Positions 55,069 to 64,000 of a stretch of DNA of 64,000 bases are shown one piece after another; the stretch's first letter is position 1; each line of letters opens with the position of its first letter. Location: the sequence record MW879341.1. One strand, 5' to 3'. The notes beneath the pieces are model-generated. The model worked only from the letters and a program-made list of their open reading frames with translations, was not told the DNA's origin and ran no database searches. A program made the translations under genes and the position numbers.

Positions 55069-55989
55069 ATGGCTGATACAAGCAACGTATCCGATTTTAT
55101 GCAGATCGTGCGTACCGTATACGGTAGCGCATTACAAACTGCATTACTGCGTGGGATTGCTTACACTATCCCAGCACACAGTACACTGAATGAGAAGTTC
55201 GGTGTTCAGTCTGGCGTACAACCAAAGACTACCCCAACGCTGCGTTACTATGTAATCGGTGATGGTGGCCATACCCTGCAATCTGGCGCTGACGGTATTC
55301 CGTATTCTGCACCAGTTCGCCACCGTGCCTCCGATGCCGCGTTGTACTCACACCAACCGTTTGTGTTGTGTCAAGAAGGTAATGACCTGGCTACCGACAT
55401 TCGCGCTGCGTTTGCCATCCGTACCAAAGAAACCTTCAACAACAAAAACTACATCGGCTACTACGCTAAGCGTACTGTTGAAGACGATACTTCTAAGAAG
55501 ATCGTTATGGAACACACCACCGTTAAGAATGGTGTATCCAACACAGTGCCGTTTATTCCGACCAGTGATAACCTGAAGCCGAAAGCACCAGAGTTGTCCA
55601 GCCGTGAAGCCACCACCACTAACGGCGATTACCTGTCTGTGTCTAACGACATCGGCATCACGTTTGACGCGGTTGATGTAGAGAACTATATCAACGTACA
55701 CCGCATCAAGAACAACAACCCACTTCGCGCGATTATCTCTGAGATCGGTCTCTGTACTGGTGTCGATCAGACGGTGTCTGGTCCTGGCGTTGGTACTGCA
55801 CAGATCAACTACCTCGAAGCTATCGGTTTGCAGATTGCAACCCACGTTACTGTATACCACGCTGTGGGTTACACTAACAAAGGCTTTGAGATCCGCGTAG
55901 AGCTGGGTGCAAGTGAGCCTATGATGGGCGAAGGAGCGTTAGGTGTCACTTCAGCGATTACTACGAGTACTGACAACGTTCGCGAGTAA
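55069..55989 (+). CDS. Conserved jumbo-phage virion structural protein (probably baseplate)
   Basis: 306 aa. LRYYVIGDGGH, YIGYYAKR and AIISEIGLCTG blocks. Confidence 0.6.
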   Translation: MADTSNVSDFMQIVRTVYGSALQTALLRGIAYTIPAHSTLNEKFGVQSGVQPKTTPTLRYYVIGDGGHTLQSGADGIPYSAPVRHRASDAALYSHQPFVLCQEGNDLATDIRAAFAIRTKETFNNKNYIGYYAKRTVEDDTSKKIVMEHTTVKNGVSNTVPFIPTSDNLKPKAPELSSREATTTNGDYLSVSNDIGITFDAVDVENYINVHRIKNNNPLRAIISEIGLCTGVDQTVSGPGVGTAQINYLEAIGLQIATHVTVYHAVGYTNKGFEIRVELGASEPMMGEGALGVTSAITTSTDNVRE

Positions 55990-56539
55990 CGATCGTTACC
56001 GGTATATCGCCATTGACCCAGGGACTGACACTCTGGGCATTGCAGTGTGTGAAATAAACCTACGTACGCGTGAACTCACCATTCTGGATGTGACGACGCT
56101 TAAAGCGTCTAAACAGATTACTCACTATCCGGGTATGGTAGAGACACACGGCGAGAAACAAACACGTTTACACGCACACCGTGAAACATTGAAACACTTG
56201 TTCCTACACTGGCGTCCAGACGCTATCGTTTCAGAGTCACCATTCATGGGTCGCTTCGCAGCGGCCTTTGGTGCTTTGGTCGAGTGTATGCAAATACTGC
56301 GTGAAGCTGTGATGGAGTATCGTATTTACCAGCCTCTTGAAACTGTTGATCCACCGTCCGCTAAAAAGGCTGTGGGTGTGAAAGCGAAAGGGTCTAATAA
56401 AGACGACATCATGAAAGCAGTTATCGCTGACACCACCATTCACTTTGCTGAAGGGTTGTCACGCACTGGTCACTCTGAACACGTCTACGATGCAATTGCA
56501 GTGGGCAAGTGGAAGTATCTTAACTTTTTGGGAATTTAA
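55943..56539 (+). CDS. ruvC: RuvC-like Holliday junction resolvase
   Basis: IAIDPGTDTLG, VSESPF, VDPPSAKKAVG..KDD and EHVYDAIAVG, giving the D-E-D catalytic set. Confidence 0.9.
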   Translation: MSLQRLLRVLTTFASNDRYRYIAIDPGTDTLGIAVCEINLRTRELTILDVTTLKASKQITHYPGMVETHGEKQTRLHAHRETLKHLFLHWRPDAIVSESPFMGRFAAAFGALVECMQILREAVMEYRIYQPLETVDPPSAKKAVGVKAKGSNKDDIMKAVIADTTIHFAEGLSRTGHSEHVYDAIAVGKWKYLNFLGI

Positions 56540-56541
56540 CA

Positions 56542-57168
56542 ATGCGCGCTTATTTTGGGTTTGAAGGTATTGAAGCTTGCGGTAAGACCACCTTACTCAC
56601 TCGCTTACGCAAAGGGTATCCAGACTTTGTTTACGTGAGAGAGCCGGGTGGTACACCGATGGCTGAGAAACTACGCACCATTGCTATCTCTACACCGGAA
56701 GACGGTGAAGTGATGCATCGTGATACAGAGGCACTCCTGTTTATGGCTTCCCGTATCCAGTTGTTGTCTAACGTAGTTGTACCTGCACTGAATCGCGGAT
56801 GTACGGTTGTTAGTGACCGTACCTACTATTCATCCCTGGCTTATCAGGGCGCTGCTACGCGTGGTGAACATAATAGCGACATCATCGAACTGGTTAATCG
56901 CTTTATCAAACCAATCGCACAGCCAGACTTCATCATCCACTTGGATGTTGATGTAGATACAAGCATTCGACGTAAACATGGTCGTGGTCAACTGGATGCC
57001 ATTGAGTCTCGTGAACGTGAGTTCTTCGAGGCGGCCCGTAATCACTTCCTGAAGCATTGTCGTACGCTACCAAACAAACATATCCGTGTGGACGCTACGC
57101 AGTCTCCAGATGCCGTATACGACGCTGTCGTGGGTATACTGAAAGATAAAGGAGTGATCCCCGCGTAA
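56542..57168 (+). CDS. tmk: Thymidylate kinase
   Basis: FEGIEACGKTT P-loop, VREPGGT, LLFMASR, SDRTYYSSLAYQG and PDFIIHLDV. Confidence 0.97.
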   Translation: MRAYFGFEGIEACGKTTLLTRLRKGYPDFVYVREPGGTPMAEKLRTIAISTPEDGEVMHRDTEALLFMASRIQLLSNVVVPALNRGCTVVSDRTYYSSLAYQGAATRGEHNSDIIELVNRFIKPIAQPDFIIHLDVDVDTSIRRKHGRGQLDAIESREREFFEAARNHFLKHCRTLPNKHIRVDATQSPDAVYDAVVGILKDKGVIPA

Positions 57169-57179
57169 TGGGGGAATAA

Positions 57180-57854
57180 ATGACGTTGGGAGAATTGCTG
57201 CGTAAGGTTGGCAACGGGGTTTTGTATGAGCAACACCCTGCTGGCGATAAAATCGTGGCGGAAGTAAACAAGATCGCAGAAGCTGTCTTGTCTGAAACAA
57301 AAGCAACCGCGCAGGAATGTCTCCGCGTGTTGGCTGACTTGGAACCTGAAGTCCGCAAACGTTTCTTAGATGCTGAAGTGGAAGACTCCGGTAAGGTAGG
57401 TTCAGACATTGCTGAACTGGTGTCCGCTATTCGTCATCGTCAGAACGGTTGGAAAACAACGATAGCTGTTGTGATGGCGTTGAACATTACGGTGATGGTC
57501 TTTACTTACGCACTGTTGATGTACAATGCAACCATGCACGGTTTACCACTACCGCGCTGGACAGACATCACTGCAATTATCATTGTACCCGGTGGAATCC
57601 TTTGGGTTTGGTATGGTGTGTTGTCTAAGGAGAACCGTGACATTCTAGCGGCCGCTGCTGGACAACTTCCCGCTGGAGGATTAGCGGGCATCGTTGCTAC
57701 CGTACTGCAACGTAAAGCACCTGAACAGCCACCACAACAACCGCAGACACAAAGTCAACCAAATCCACAACCACAACCTCAGCGTTCGACACAGAGCCCT
57801 ACAGGAGCTGTGGATGGCGTAGATGATAACCCGCCTCCGGGTGCTGCACAATAA
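57180..57854 (+). CDS. Two-TM membrane protein, possible holin
   Basis: Two hydrophobic helices (TIAVVMALNITVMVFTYALLM; AIIIVPGGILWVWYGVL) and a Q/P-rich tail; adjacent to the lysis cassette but convergent with it. Confidence 0.45.
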   Translation: MTLGELLRKVGNGVLYEQHPAGDKIVAEVNKIAEAVLSETKATAQECLRVLADLEPEVRKRFLDAEVEDSGKVGSDIAELVSAIRHRQNGWKTTIAVVMALNITVMVFTYALLMYNATMHGLPLPRWTDITAIIIVPGGILWVWYGVLSKENRDILAAAAGQLPAGGLAGIVATVLQRKAPEQPPQQPQTQSQPNPQPQPQRSTQSPTGAVDGVDDNPPPGAAQ

Positions 57855-57856
57855 CA

Positions 57857-57906
57857 GCATAAAACTCCTACCTCCCACCCAAAAGGTGAGGGGTAGGGTT
57901 TATGTC
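57857..57906. terminator. Bidirectional terminator
   Basis: GCATAAAA..CCTACC..CACC-loop-GGTG..GGTAGG..TTTATG between convergent genes. Confidence 0.7.
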
Positions 57907-57907
57907 G

Positions 57908-58471
57908 TCACTGTTGTTTCAGACGCATTTCATTATAAAGCTTGTACAGTTTCTCTGTGTAGTCATAAAGCGCTTTATATTCAGCTTGCGCTAAAGTTAA
58001 TTGCTTGATGGCTTCGTCGCCGTCGGCTGCGATTCTGATGAGAGACTCAGAAGCCTCTGCTGTAAGTTGGGCTGCCTGGGCTGCATCACGTTTTGATTGA
58101 ACGGCGGCATTTTCAGCTCCGGTTGCGCGCGATTCGGCGCTACGTACTTGGAGCCACAACCCGCTATTGTTACGACGGAGCTCAGCAATAGTATCTTCAG
58201 TTTGCTTGCGACCATCAGTAATACCCCTTAAATAGTCAGCGGTTCTGGCGGCCTGTTCATGCCTTGCTGCTTCTTCAAGATCAGCAATCTTAGCATCGAG
58301 GTCCGCCACCTTTTTATTGTGCTTATCAGCATCAGCATTCAGCTTTAGAACCCAACTAGAATCAGTTGACTTCACTGCCGCGTGCCACACTGTCGCTGTC
58401 AGACCACCTAGGGCTAATAACACTGCCCCGACGATTAACAGGATACGCATGGGAGTCAGTGTGAATTGCAT
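57908..58471 (-). CDS. rz: Inner-membrane spanin (Rz-like)
   Basis: N-terminal TM helix (ILLIVGAVLLALGGLTATVW), Ala-rich coiled coil and the AADGDEAIKQL motif; immediately downstream of the endolysin. Confidence 0.85.
   Translation of the reverse strand: MQFTLTPMRILLIVGAVLLALGGLTATVWHAAVKSTDSSWVLKLNADADKHNKKVADLDAKIADLEEAARHEQAARTADYLRGITDGRKQTEDTIAELRRNNSGLWLQVRSAESRATGAENAAVQSKRDAAQAAQLTAEASESLIRIAADGDEAIKQLTLAQAEYKALYDYTEKLYKLYNEMRLKQQ
57997..58215 (-). CDS. rz1: Outer-membrane spanin lipoprotein (Rz1-like), fully embedded in Rz
   Basis: Signal peptide with lipobox IAGC and a Pro-rich mature part, in an alternative frame inside Rz. Confidence 0.8.
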   Translation of the reverse strand: MVASKLKILLLSSVVTIAGCGSKYVAPNRAQPELKMPPFNQNVMQPRQPNLQQRLLSLSSESQPTATKPSSN

Positions 58472-58479
58472 AGGTGTCC

Positions 58480-59070
58480 TTAGCTAAGCCAAGCTTTAGC
58501 GTATTCCTGGATTTCCACGAACACACGACGGAACCAACCATAAGTAAAGGTTTCGTTCTTCGGTCGTTTCTCTGAAATATCCAGATAGTGGTAGGTCTGA
58601 CAGTGCGTCAACGCCATCGCTAAGATAGCCATCCCTTCATCACCGCGCTTAGCCTTCAGAGAAGTCATAGCACGCAGTGTGGTTGGACCCATAGCGCCGT
58701 CAACAGTCATATCTGGCCAGAAGGCTGCCTGATTGTTCAGGCTGTTCAGAATGCGTTGTAGAGACGTTACAGCGTTAGCACGACCGGCATTGATTGAGTA
58801 GTCATACAGACGATCTGCGAGGAACGGGTTAAAGGCTAACACCTCATCAAGACGAAGACGCTGCCACCACATTTTGTCGTAGATATCAAATGCAACAGAC
58901 TGAGGCATGTCGCGCATGTTGCCTTTATAGCCATACTCTGTTGCAGTAGCTTTCGTGACACCCCAAATCGTTTCACCACCGAGGTCATTCGCGTTATTGA
59001 CATAACCCGCCTCGATAGCCGTCTTACGACGGATGATCTGCTCTTTAGTAAATAATGAAAGATCCATCAT
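58480..59070 (-). CDS. Endolysin: GH108 muramidase with C-terminal PG-binding domain
   Basis: EAGYVNNANDLGGETIWGVT, DGAMGPTT and NETFTYGWFRR. Confidence 0.92.
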   Translation of the reverse strand: MMDLSLFTKEQIIRRKTAIEAGYVNNANDLGGETIWGVTKATATEYGYKGNMRDMPQSVAFDIYDKMWWQRLRLDEVLAFNPFLADRLYDYSINAGRANAVTSLQRILNSLNNQAAFWPDMTVDGAMGPTTLRAMTSLKAKRGDEGMAILAMALTHCQTYHYLDISEKRPKNETFTYGWFRRVFVEIQEYAKAWLS

Positions 59071-59105
59071 AACTCCTCAGTTAAGGTAGGGGCGAACCCC
59101 TACCG

Positions 59106-59651
59106 TCATTTTGCAATTAAGTTAACATCGATCGCGTACCAACCACTACTGTTCTGTGGGTCATTAATCCACCAGATAACAGTCCAGTCGTTACCCGCTG
59201 ACGGTTGCTGCGTGATTCGTGGACCATTACGACCAGAGACACGCGTTACCGTACAGTGGGACAACTGTTGAAGTTCCCACGGTTTCAACTGGAGGGTTGG
59301 TTCAACAGTGGAACCTGAAGCGTAGGCGTGATAGCCTTCCCAACCACTACCCCCGATGTTACCTTGCCACTCACGACGATTCTTACCGATATAACAGACG
59401 TCGGATTTAGAACGTCTATCCACGTTGAGGAACAGTTCAACCAATCCCGTTCTGAAATTGATCTTACTGTACCCCGAGTCATCGATTGAGAAGCGCATGG
59501 TTGCTGCTAAGAAACTCGCAAGCCGCCAGACTGGTCTGAACGTACCGCCAGCATTTACCCATACCTGCGAACATTCGCGGGGCTGACCATTCACGATGAC
59601 CTTAGGGACGACTTCCTGCCAGTTTCCGCCGTTGTTAGCATAGATAGGCAT
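59106..59651 (-). CDS. Tail-fibre-associated protein
   Basis: N-terminal IYANNGGNWQEV..VWVNAGGTFRPVW motif typical of small fibre-tip proteins; follows a fibre gene. Confidence 0.55.
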   Translation of the reverse strand: MPIYANNGGNWQEVVPKVIVNGQPRECSQVWVNAGGTFRPVWRLASFLAATMRFSIDDSGYSKINFRTGLVELFLNVDRRSKSDVCYIGKNRREWQGNIGGSGWEGYHAYASGSTVEPTLQLKPWELQQLSHCTVTRVSGRNGPRITQQPSAGNDWTVIWWINDPQNSSGWYAIDVNLIAK

Positions 59652-59660
59652 TGCTGCTCC

Positions 59661-60962
59661 TTAGACGTACTGGTACCAGATATACCCGTTACGATAACCT
59701 GAGGCATTACCCGGAGGTGCTGAACCGTACACACCAGAGCGTGCTTCGATTTCACCACGAGTATACGCATCCACTTCACCGGCCGTCAGGTTGAAGTCGC
59801 TGTTCAGGTCGTGTCCGTTAATACGACGACCCACCGGAACCGCACCAATCTGACCAGTAGTTACGCCGTGAGGGTTACTACGGTTGTTGATGTGGTTATT
59901 CAGCGTAGGCATAACTTTGGAGTTGATCAACTGCATTGAACGCAATGGGGACATCATACGTTCGTTGATTGCTCCTGCTTCTGCTTCTTGCTGAGTGGCC
60001 ATCGGGTTGTTAGGGACATCGCCCAAACCGACCTGACCTTTCGTGACACCGTGCGGGTTGTTCTTATCAGCAATGTGGTTATTGATGATAGGCAACACTT
60101 TCTGCTTCAGTGCGTACCACAGCGCAGACGGCGAGAGATAAGACGTGTTGTTATTCTCATCTACAGCCTGACCGTTAGTAGACATTGCATAGTTCTGCAC
60201 GTTGGACAGACCCACTTGAGCTTTAGTCACTCCATGTGGGTTGTTCTTGTCTGCTAAGTGATCTGTGATCTGCTTCTGCATGTTAGCAATCTGACCATTG
60301 ATCAAATCAGTCAGGTCTTTACGCAGCTTAGCGATGTCCGCATTAGACGCATCGATACGCGCATTGGCTTTGTCAATGTCCACGTAGATCATGGACTTAA
60401 CGCGGTCAATGTAGCTGTAGATCTGTTCGTGGGACGCAACGTCACCCTGGAGAATCGCAGTACGCAAGTTCTCTAAGGCATCGTATACGTATTCCATACC
60501 GTACAGGTCGTCAGCATCGTGTAAGTGCGGTGCAGGCGGGAAGCGCACAGGTTTACCCAGGATATCCGCCCATGCAACTTTACGAGTATCGAGTTCCAGG
60601 TTTTCGATGGTATCGCCAATCGCATCCGAGGACAGACTGAACGGACCACCTACAACCTGATAGTCAATCTCGAAGTCGCTACCCAACGCTGTGTTGATGA
60701 TAATGACTGCCGTGGAGACAGAGATACCCAACGTTAGTGTGGCTTCCTGATACAACTGAATGACTTTATAGTCAACGTTAACGGTAAGAGGTTTACTCCC
60801 ACCACGTTGACGCACTACCATACTGGCTGTAAAGAATGGCCCGTAGTTAGTAGCGAACACGCGTGACTTGTCGCGGGGTACGAGGTGCGGTTCTGCAAGC
60901 ACCAAGTTATCCTTAGACGTACCCGTGCGGTCTAACGGGTATTTAACAATTTTTGTAGCCAT
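59661..60962 (-). CDS. Tail fibre protein
   Basis: YPLDRTG N-terminus; three H..(D/N)..NPHGVT.(A/G)Q.G repeats; RRINGHDLNSDFNLTA; ends GYIWYQY. Confidence 0.8.
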   Translation of the reverse strand: MATKIVKYPLDRTGTSKDNLVLAEPHLVPRDKSRVFATNYGPFFTASMVVRQRGGSKPLTVNVDYKVIQLYQEATLTLGISVSTAVIIINTALGSDFEIDYQVVGGPFSLSSDAIGDTIENLELDTRKVAWADILGKPVRFPPAPHLHDADDLYGMEYVYDALENLRTAILQGDVASHEQIYSYIDRVKSMIYVDIDKANARIDASNADIAKLRKDLTDLINGQIANMQKQITDHLADKNNPHGVTKAQVGLSNVQNYAMSTNGQAVDENNNTSYLSPSALWYALKQKVLPIINNHIADKNNPHGVTKGQVGLGDVPNNPMATQQEAEAGAINERMMSPLRSMQLINSKVMPTLNNHINNRSNPHGVTTGQIGAVPVGRRINGHDLNSDFNLTAGEVDAYTRGEIEARSGVYGSAPPGNASGYRNGYIWYQYV

Positions 60963-61003
60963 CTAATCTAACCTCAATAGTGACCGGTTCATAAAGTTGG
61001 GCA

Positions 61004-63688
61004 TCAGGACATCGTCCAGTCTAACGTCGCTGTCGTTGCTGCATTCCCAGGTACTGTTGGTATTGCTGAGCCGATCTGTGTAGCGGATAACCGGTATACA
61101 CCCAATCGGGTTACTTTCTCAACGGTGAGTTTAGTGATCTGCGTTGCGTTGGTTATAACCGTACCGATGAAGCAAAGAGAGATTGTCTCCGCCACAGGTG
61201 CTGTTTTAGCAACGTAGGTAAACGTACCGTTCGACTCCTGTACGTAAATGTAGAACGTGGAGTTTTCTGGGTTAGCTTTAACCTTTGATAAGTCAATGCT
61301 CGCCGTAGGAATAACTCTATAGCTCCCATTCATCAGACAAGGTACCGCTTCAGCAGCGTAGACATACCATCCGATTGGTGCTTGCTGTGTCAATACCATC
61401 CAGCGGTCTGCGTCTAACGACCACGCGTCAATCAGTGCTTTAGTGTTACCCAACTTACGGAACACCGTACCAGTTCCTGAAAGCAACCGGTTAGCTGACA
61501 TGTCGTAAGAACCAAAACCTAAACCGGGAACAAACCCACGATGGACGAATCCGAAGTACCACGGGTTACTCGTTTCGATTTTGATAAAGTCGCTACGAAT
61601 GTCATCTGCACCATCGAGCTGCATTGTCGTTACAACCACACCGGGTTGAGATCCACCTGAGTTCTTAGCGTAGATCGTGTTCCAACTGATTACCGTAAAG
61701 TCCTCGCCAGCGTTTCGCATGATGCAAGCCGGAGGTAATGTTTCACGGTTTCTCACACTGATCGCATTGATTGAACCGTTTGCACGATTCCACCACAACT
61801 TCTTCAGACTGATATTGGCGATAGCTCCGGTGAATCCACTGACGTTGAGTGTGAAGAAATACTCGTACGCAATGTTCACAGCGGGATCGTGGGTGACCAA
61901 CACACCCTGGGACGATTTACCCGACTCAGCAACGATCAATATGTCTAACCGAACGGTGGCCGCGTTAGCTCTCGGGTAGTTATCGGGTCCTGCTGCGATA
62001 ACTGCATTAACGATAGCATCGTGCTGCGCCTGAGTGATACTTACCGAACCAGTGTAGTCAAGATCGGAACTGACATCTGTTGCGCTGGACAGCCTTCCCG
62101 TATAGAGTCTACTCATACCCACACGCAGAACACCTTCAGACGTCCAATACTCGGTATGTCCCAATTGGTACTTATTACCCACGTCGTCACGAGGAGATGG
62201 TCTGAAGCCTTTGACGACTCCCAACCTCGCCGTGTTGAACGTAAAGGTAGGACCACCGGACAAGTCAGAAACCGGGACAGTTGTTTTACGAGAGAAAATA
62301 TCATTCCCATTCCCATAAGAAACTAACCCTACCTTCGTTGGTGATAACCAGAACGTATTTCGCGCTGAGTCTCCAAGTGGGGAAGGGTACTGACGAATGA
62401 GTGTTTTACTCGACGCTTGTTTCACTGTGCGCTTACTGTAATTCCAGAAAGCAGCAGGTAACACTGGGTTCTGTGTGTCAGTGTTACGATACGTCCTTAC
62501 CCCACCGGCGTTCTCATTCGAGTACTGGACAACGAGGACGAAGTTATCGTTACTAACCGCAAGTGACTTATGTGGTTGTTGATCAACACCGATCATAATC
62601 TGACCCATGTCTGCCACATTAGGACCGACGAACTCATATCCAGGGGCGACCGTTGAGGGACGTAGTGTGGTAGTACCTCTCAGGTTGGTTGGAACTGTTG
62701 CGGTTCTTGCCGTAGGGTTAAAGGTGAAATAGATAGCTGCACCGTAGCCGTAGTTATTGAAGTTAAATCCAAAACTGCCAGCACGGATAGCACAGATACC
62801 AATCTCACCAGTAGTAGGGTCAACGTCGCCGTAGATCTGGAGAATGCCAGATGGGGTAGCAACGTTGTCTTGTCTAACAAATATAGGGTCGTCAGACTCG
62901 TTGGCACTGTACGTAGTACCACCCAACTTGATATAGTCCGCAGTGTACAAATTACGCACACCTTGCGTCTTTATACCAGTAACCTTCTCCCACGTCACAG
63001 CCGCCTTGGTACGTATATCAACCGCCGCAATTCGCCATACATTAATATCTAATGTCGGTGAAGGCGCATGGAACAGATAGACGTATTCGCCAGACGCACA
63101 CACCCAACCACACTGGTCAGTGATTTCACTTGGGACATTACATACCGCACCCTGATGACTTGCCCAGTTAAGTGTGTTGTTTGTTAAACACACCCAGGCG
63201 TTGTAGTCTGGGTTACCTGACAGATAACCCCATGCCGCACCGCGCGCTGCACTCTGCATCACAGCAGAACACCACCAGTCTGCCTGTAGGAAGGCTGGGC
63301 GGTACTCAGTAGCAGCCGGAATGTGGTCTACTATAGCACCATTGTTATCCAACTTGAAACTACTATAGTACACCGACTCACGAACGCCATTGGTCGCATT
63401 GATTAACGCAACTGGCGTACCGTCGTTCTCGAAATGACAAACGGCAAAGTAGTTGATCTCATTACGGGTAGCTCCTTCGAAACTCCCTGAGAAGTTTAAA
63501 GGTAACCAAAGTAATGAACCAAAGCGCGTAAGTGGTATATCTGACGTTGGCATGATAACACCAGATACGAGATTATCAATCTCGGTACTACTGTAAGCAC
63601 CTACTTGTGACGCGGTTACTGCGTGGGGGTTATTTGATCTACCAATAAAGGAAAGTAGGTCCTTTGCTGTTTGAATAAGCGAGATCAT
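61004..63688 (-). CDS. Tail fibre/baseplate-associated protein
   Basis: 894 aa. NNPHAVTASQVGAYS N-terminus, beta-rich body, and a C-terminal motif shared with the upstream gene. Confidence 0.65.
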   Translation of the reverse strand: MISLIQTAKDLLSFIGRSNNPHAVTASQVGAYSSTEIDNLVSGVIMPTSDIPLTRFGSLLWLPLNFSGSFEGATRNEINYFAVCHFENDGTPVALINATNGVRESVYYSSFKLDNNGAIVDHIPAATEYRPAFLQADWWCSAVMQSAARGAAWGYLSGNPDYNAWVCLTNNTLNWASHQGAVCNVPSEITDQCGWVCASGEYVYLFHAPSPTLDINVWRIAAVDIRTKAAVTWEKVTGIKTQGVRNLYTADYIKLGGTTYSANESDDPIFVRQDNVATPSGILQIYGDVDPTTGEIGICAIRAGSFGFNFNNYGYGAAIYFTFNPTARTATVPTNLRGTTTLRPSTVAPGYEFVGPNVADMGQIMIGVDQQPHKSLAVSNDNFVLVVQYSNENAGGVRTYRNTDTQNPVLPAAFWNYSKRTVKQASSKTLIRQYPSPLGDSARNTFWLSPTKVGLVSYGNGNDIFSRKTTVPVSDLSGGPTFTFNTARLGVVKGFRPSPRDDVGNKYQLGHTEYWTSEGVLRVGMSRLYTGRLSSATDVSSDLDYTGSVSITQAQHDAIVNAVIAAGPDNYPRANAATVRLDILIVAESGKSSQGVLVTHDPAVNIAYEYFFTLNVSGFTGAIANISLKKLWWNRANGSINAISVRNRETLPPACIMRNAGEDFTVISWNTIYAKNSGGSQPGVVVTTMQLDGADDIRSDFIKIETSNPWYFGFVHRGFVPGLGFGSYDMSANRLLSGTGTVFRKLGNTKALIDAWSLDADRWMVLTQQAPIGWYVYAAEAVPCLMNGSYRVIPTASIDLSKVKANPENSTFYIYVQESNGTFTYVAKTAPVAETISLCFIGTVITNATQITKLTVEKVTRLGVYRLSATQIGSAIPTVPGNAATTATLDWTMS

Positions 63689-63690
63689 AA

Positions 63691-63999
63691 CTAACTCCAG
63701 TTAAAGGTACCCTTATCCGTAGGCAGTCCGGTTGAAACGGGAATACTACCTCCACGACGAATAGGAGAAAGGCGGAAACCGTCGAGCATTGCCACAGACT
63801 GCATCACCTCTTTCGAAACCAGACTGCTCTGGGTGAGAGTAACACTCCCGACATAGAAACTGTCGTAGGTGTCAGCTCTTGCGGTGGTGGTCATCTCAAT
63901 AACCATACCCACTTCAGCAGAAGGGTTAGTACACGTCATGTACAGATAAACAGTTTGACCCTTAGCAACGGTGAAGTTATACGTTGCGGCAGTGAACAG
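63691..63999 (-). CDS. C-terminal part of a tail-fibre-associated paralogue (gene starts beyond the window)
   Basis: Frame open to the window end; ends GFRLS..GGSIPVSTG..GTFNW, like GVYRLS..GSAIPTVPG..ATLDW in the 61004 gene. Confidence 0.6.
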   Translation of the reverse strand: MFTAATYNFTVAKGQTVYLYMTCTNPSAEVGMVIEMTTTARADTYDSFYVGSVTLTQSSLVSKEVMQSVAMLDGFRLSPIRRGGSIPVSTGLPTDKGTFNWS

Positions 64000-64000
64000 A

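Noticed and set aside
57721-57800. CAACCA/CAG-type repeats in the membrane protein tail and the Q/P-rich part of the 33392 gene
   Set aside because: Ordinary low-complexity coding sequence without a regular repeat unit.
1-64000. CRISPR array, tRNA, rRNA, transposase or intron
   Set aside because: No spaced direct repeats, cloverleaf or mobile-element motifs were recognised; tRNAscan-SE or Infernal would be needed to exclude them formally.

Overview
This is 64 kb of a phiKZ/SPN3US-like (probably Chimalliviridae) enterobacterial jumbo phage genome; the family assignment is inferred from gene content and synteny. In order: (1) 1-9.8 kb, a cluster of internal-head/ejection protein paralogues with S/A/G-x-E prohead-protease sites; (2) 9.9-11.1 kb, a small protein resembling the Tad1 anti-Thoeris sponge plus a hypothetical protein; (3) 11.2-16.4 kb, virion structural genes; (4) 16.7-25.7 kb, an accessory block (Cys-His-Asp protein, metallophosphoesterase, DHFR, two ADP-ribosyltransferase-like proteins); (5) the conserved core (DnaB helicase, major capsid protein followed by a structured 3' element, non-virion RNAP beta N-terminal subunit, portal, baseplate-type protein); (6) 40.8-55.1 kb, 11 consecutive paralogues sharing one N-terminal tail domain, three carrying long BspA-type leucine-rich-repeat solenoids; (7) RuvC, thymidylate kinase, an Rz/Rz1-endolysin cassette and minus-strand tail fibre genes. 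A hairpin+TTTATGC(C) element recurs about 11 times. All homology calls come from motif recognition and recalled family consensus, not database searches. No CRISPR array, tRNA, rRNA or mobile element was recognised.
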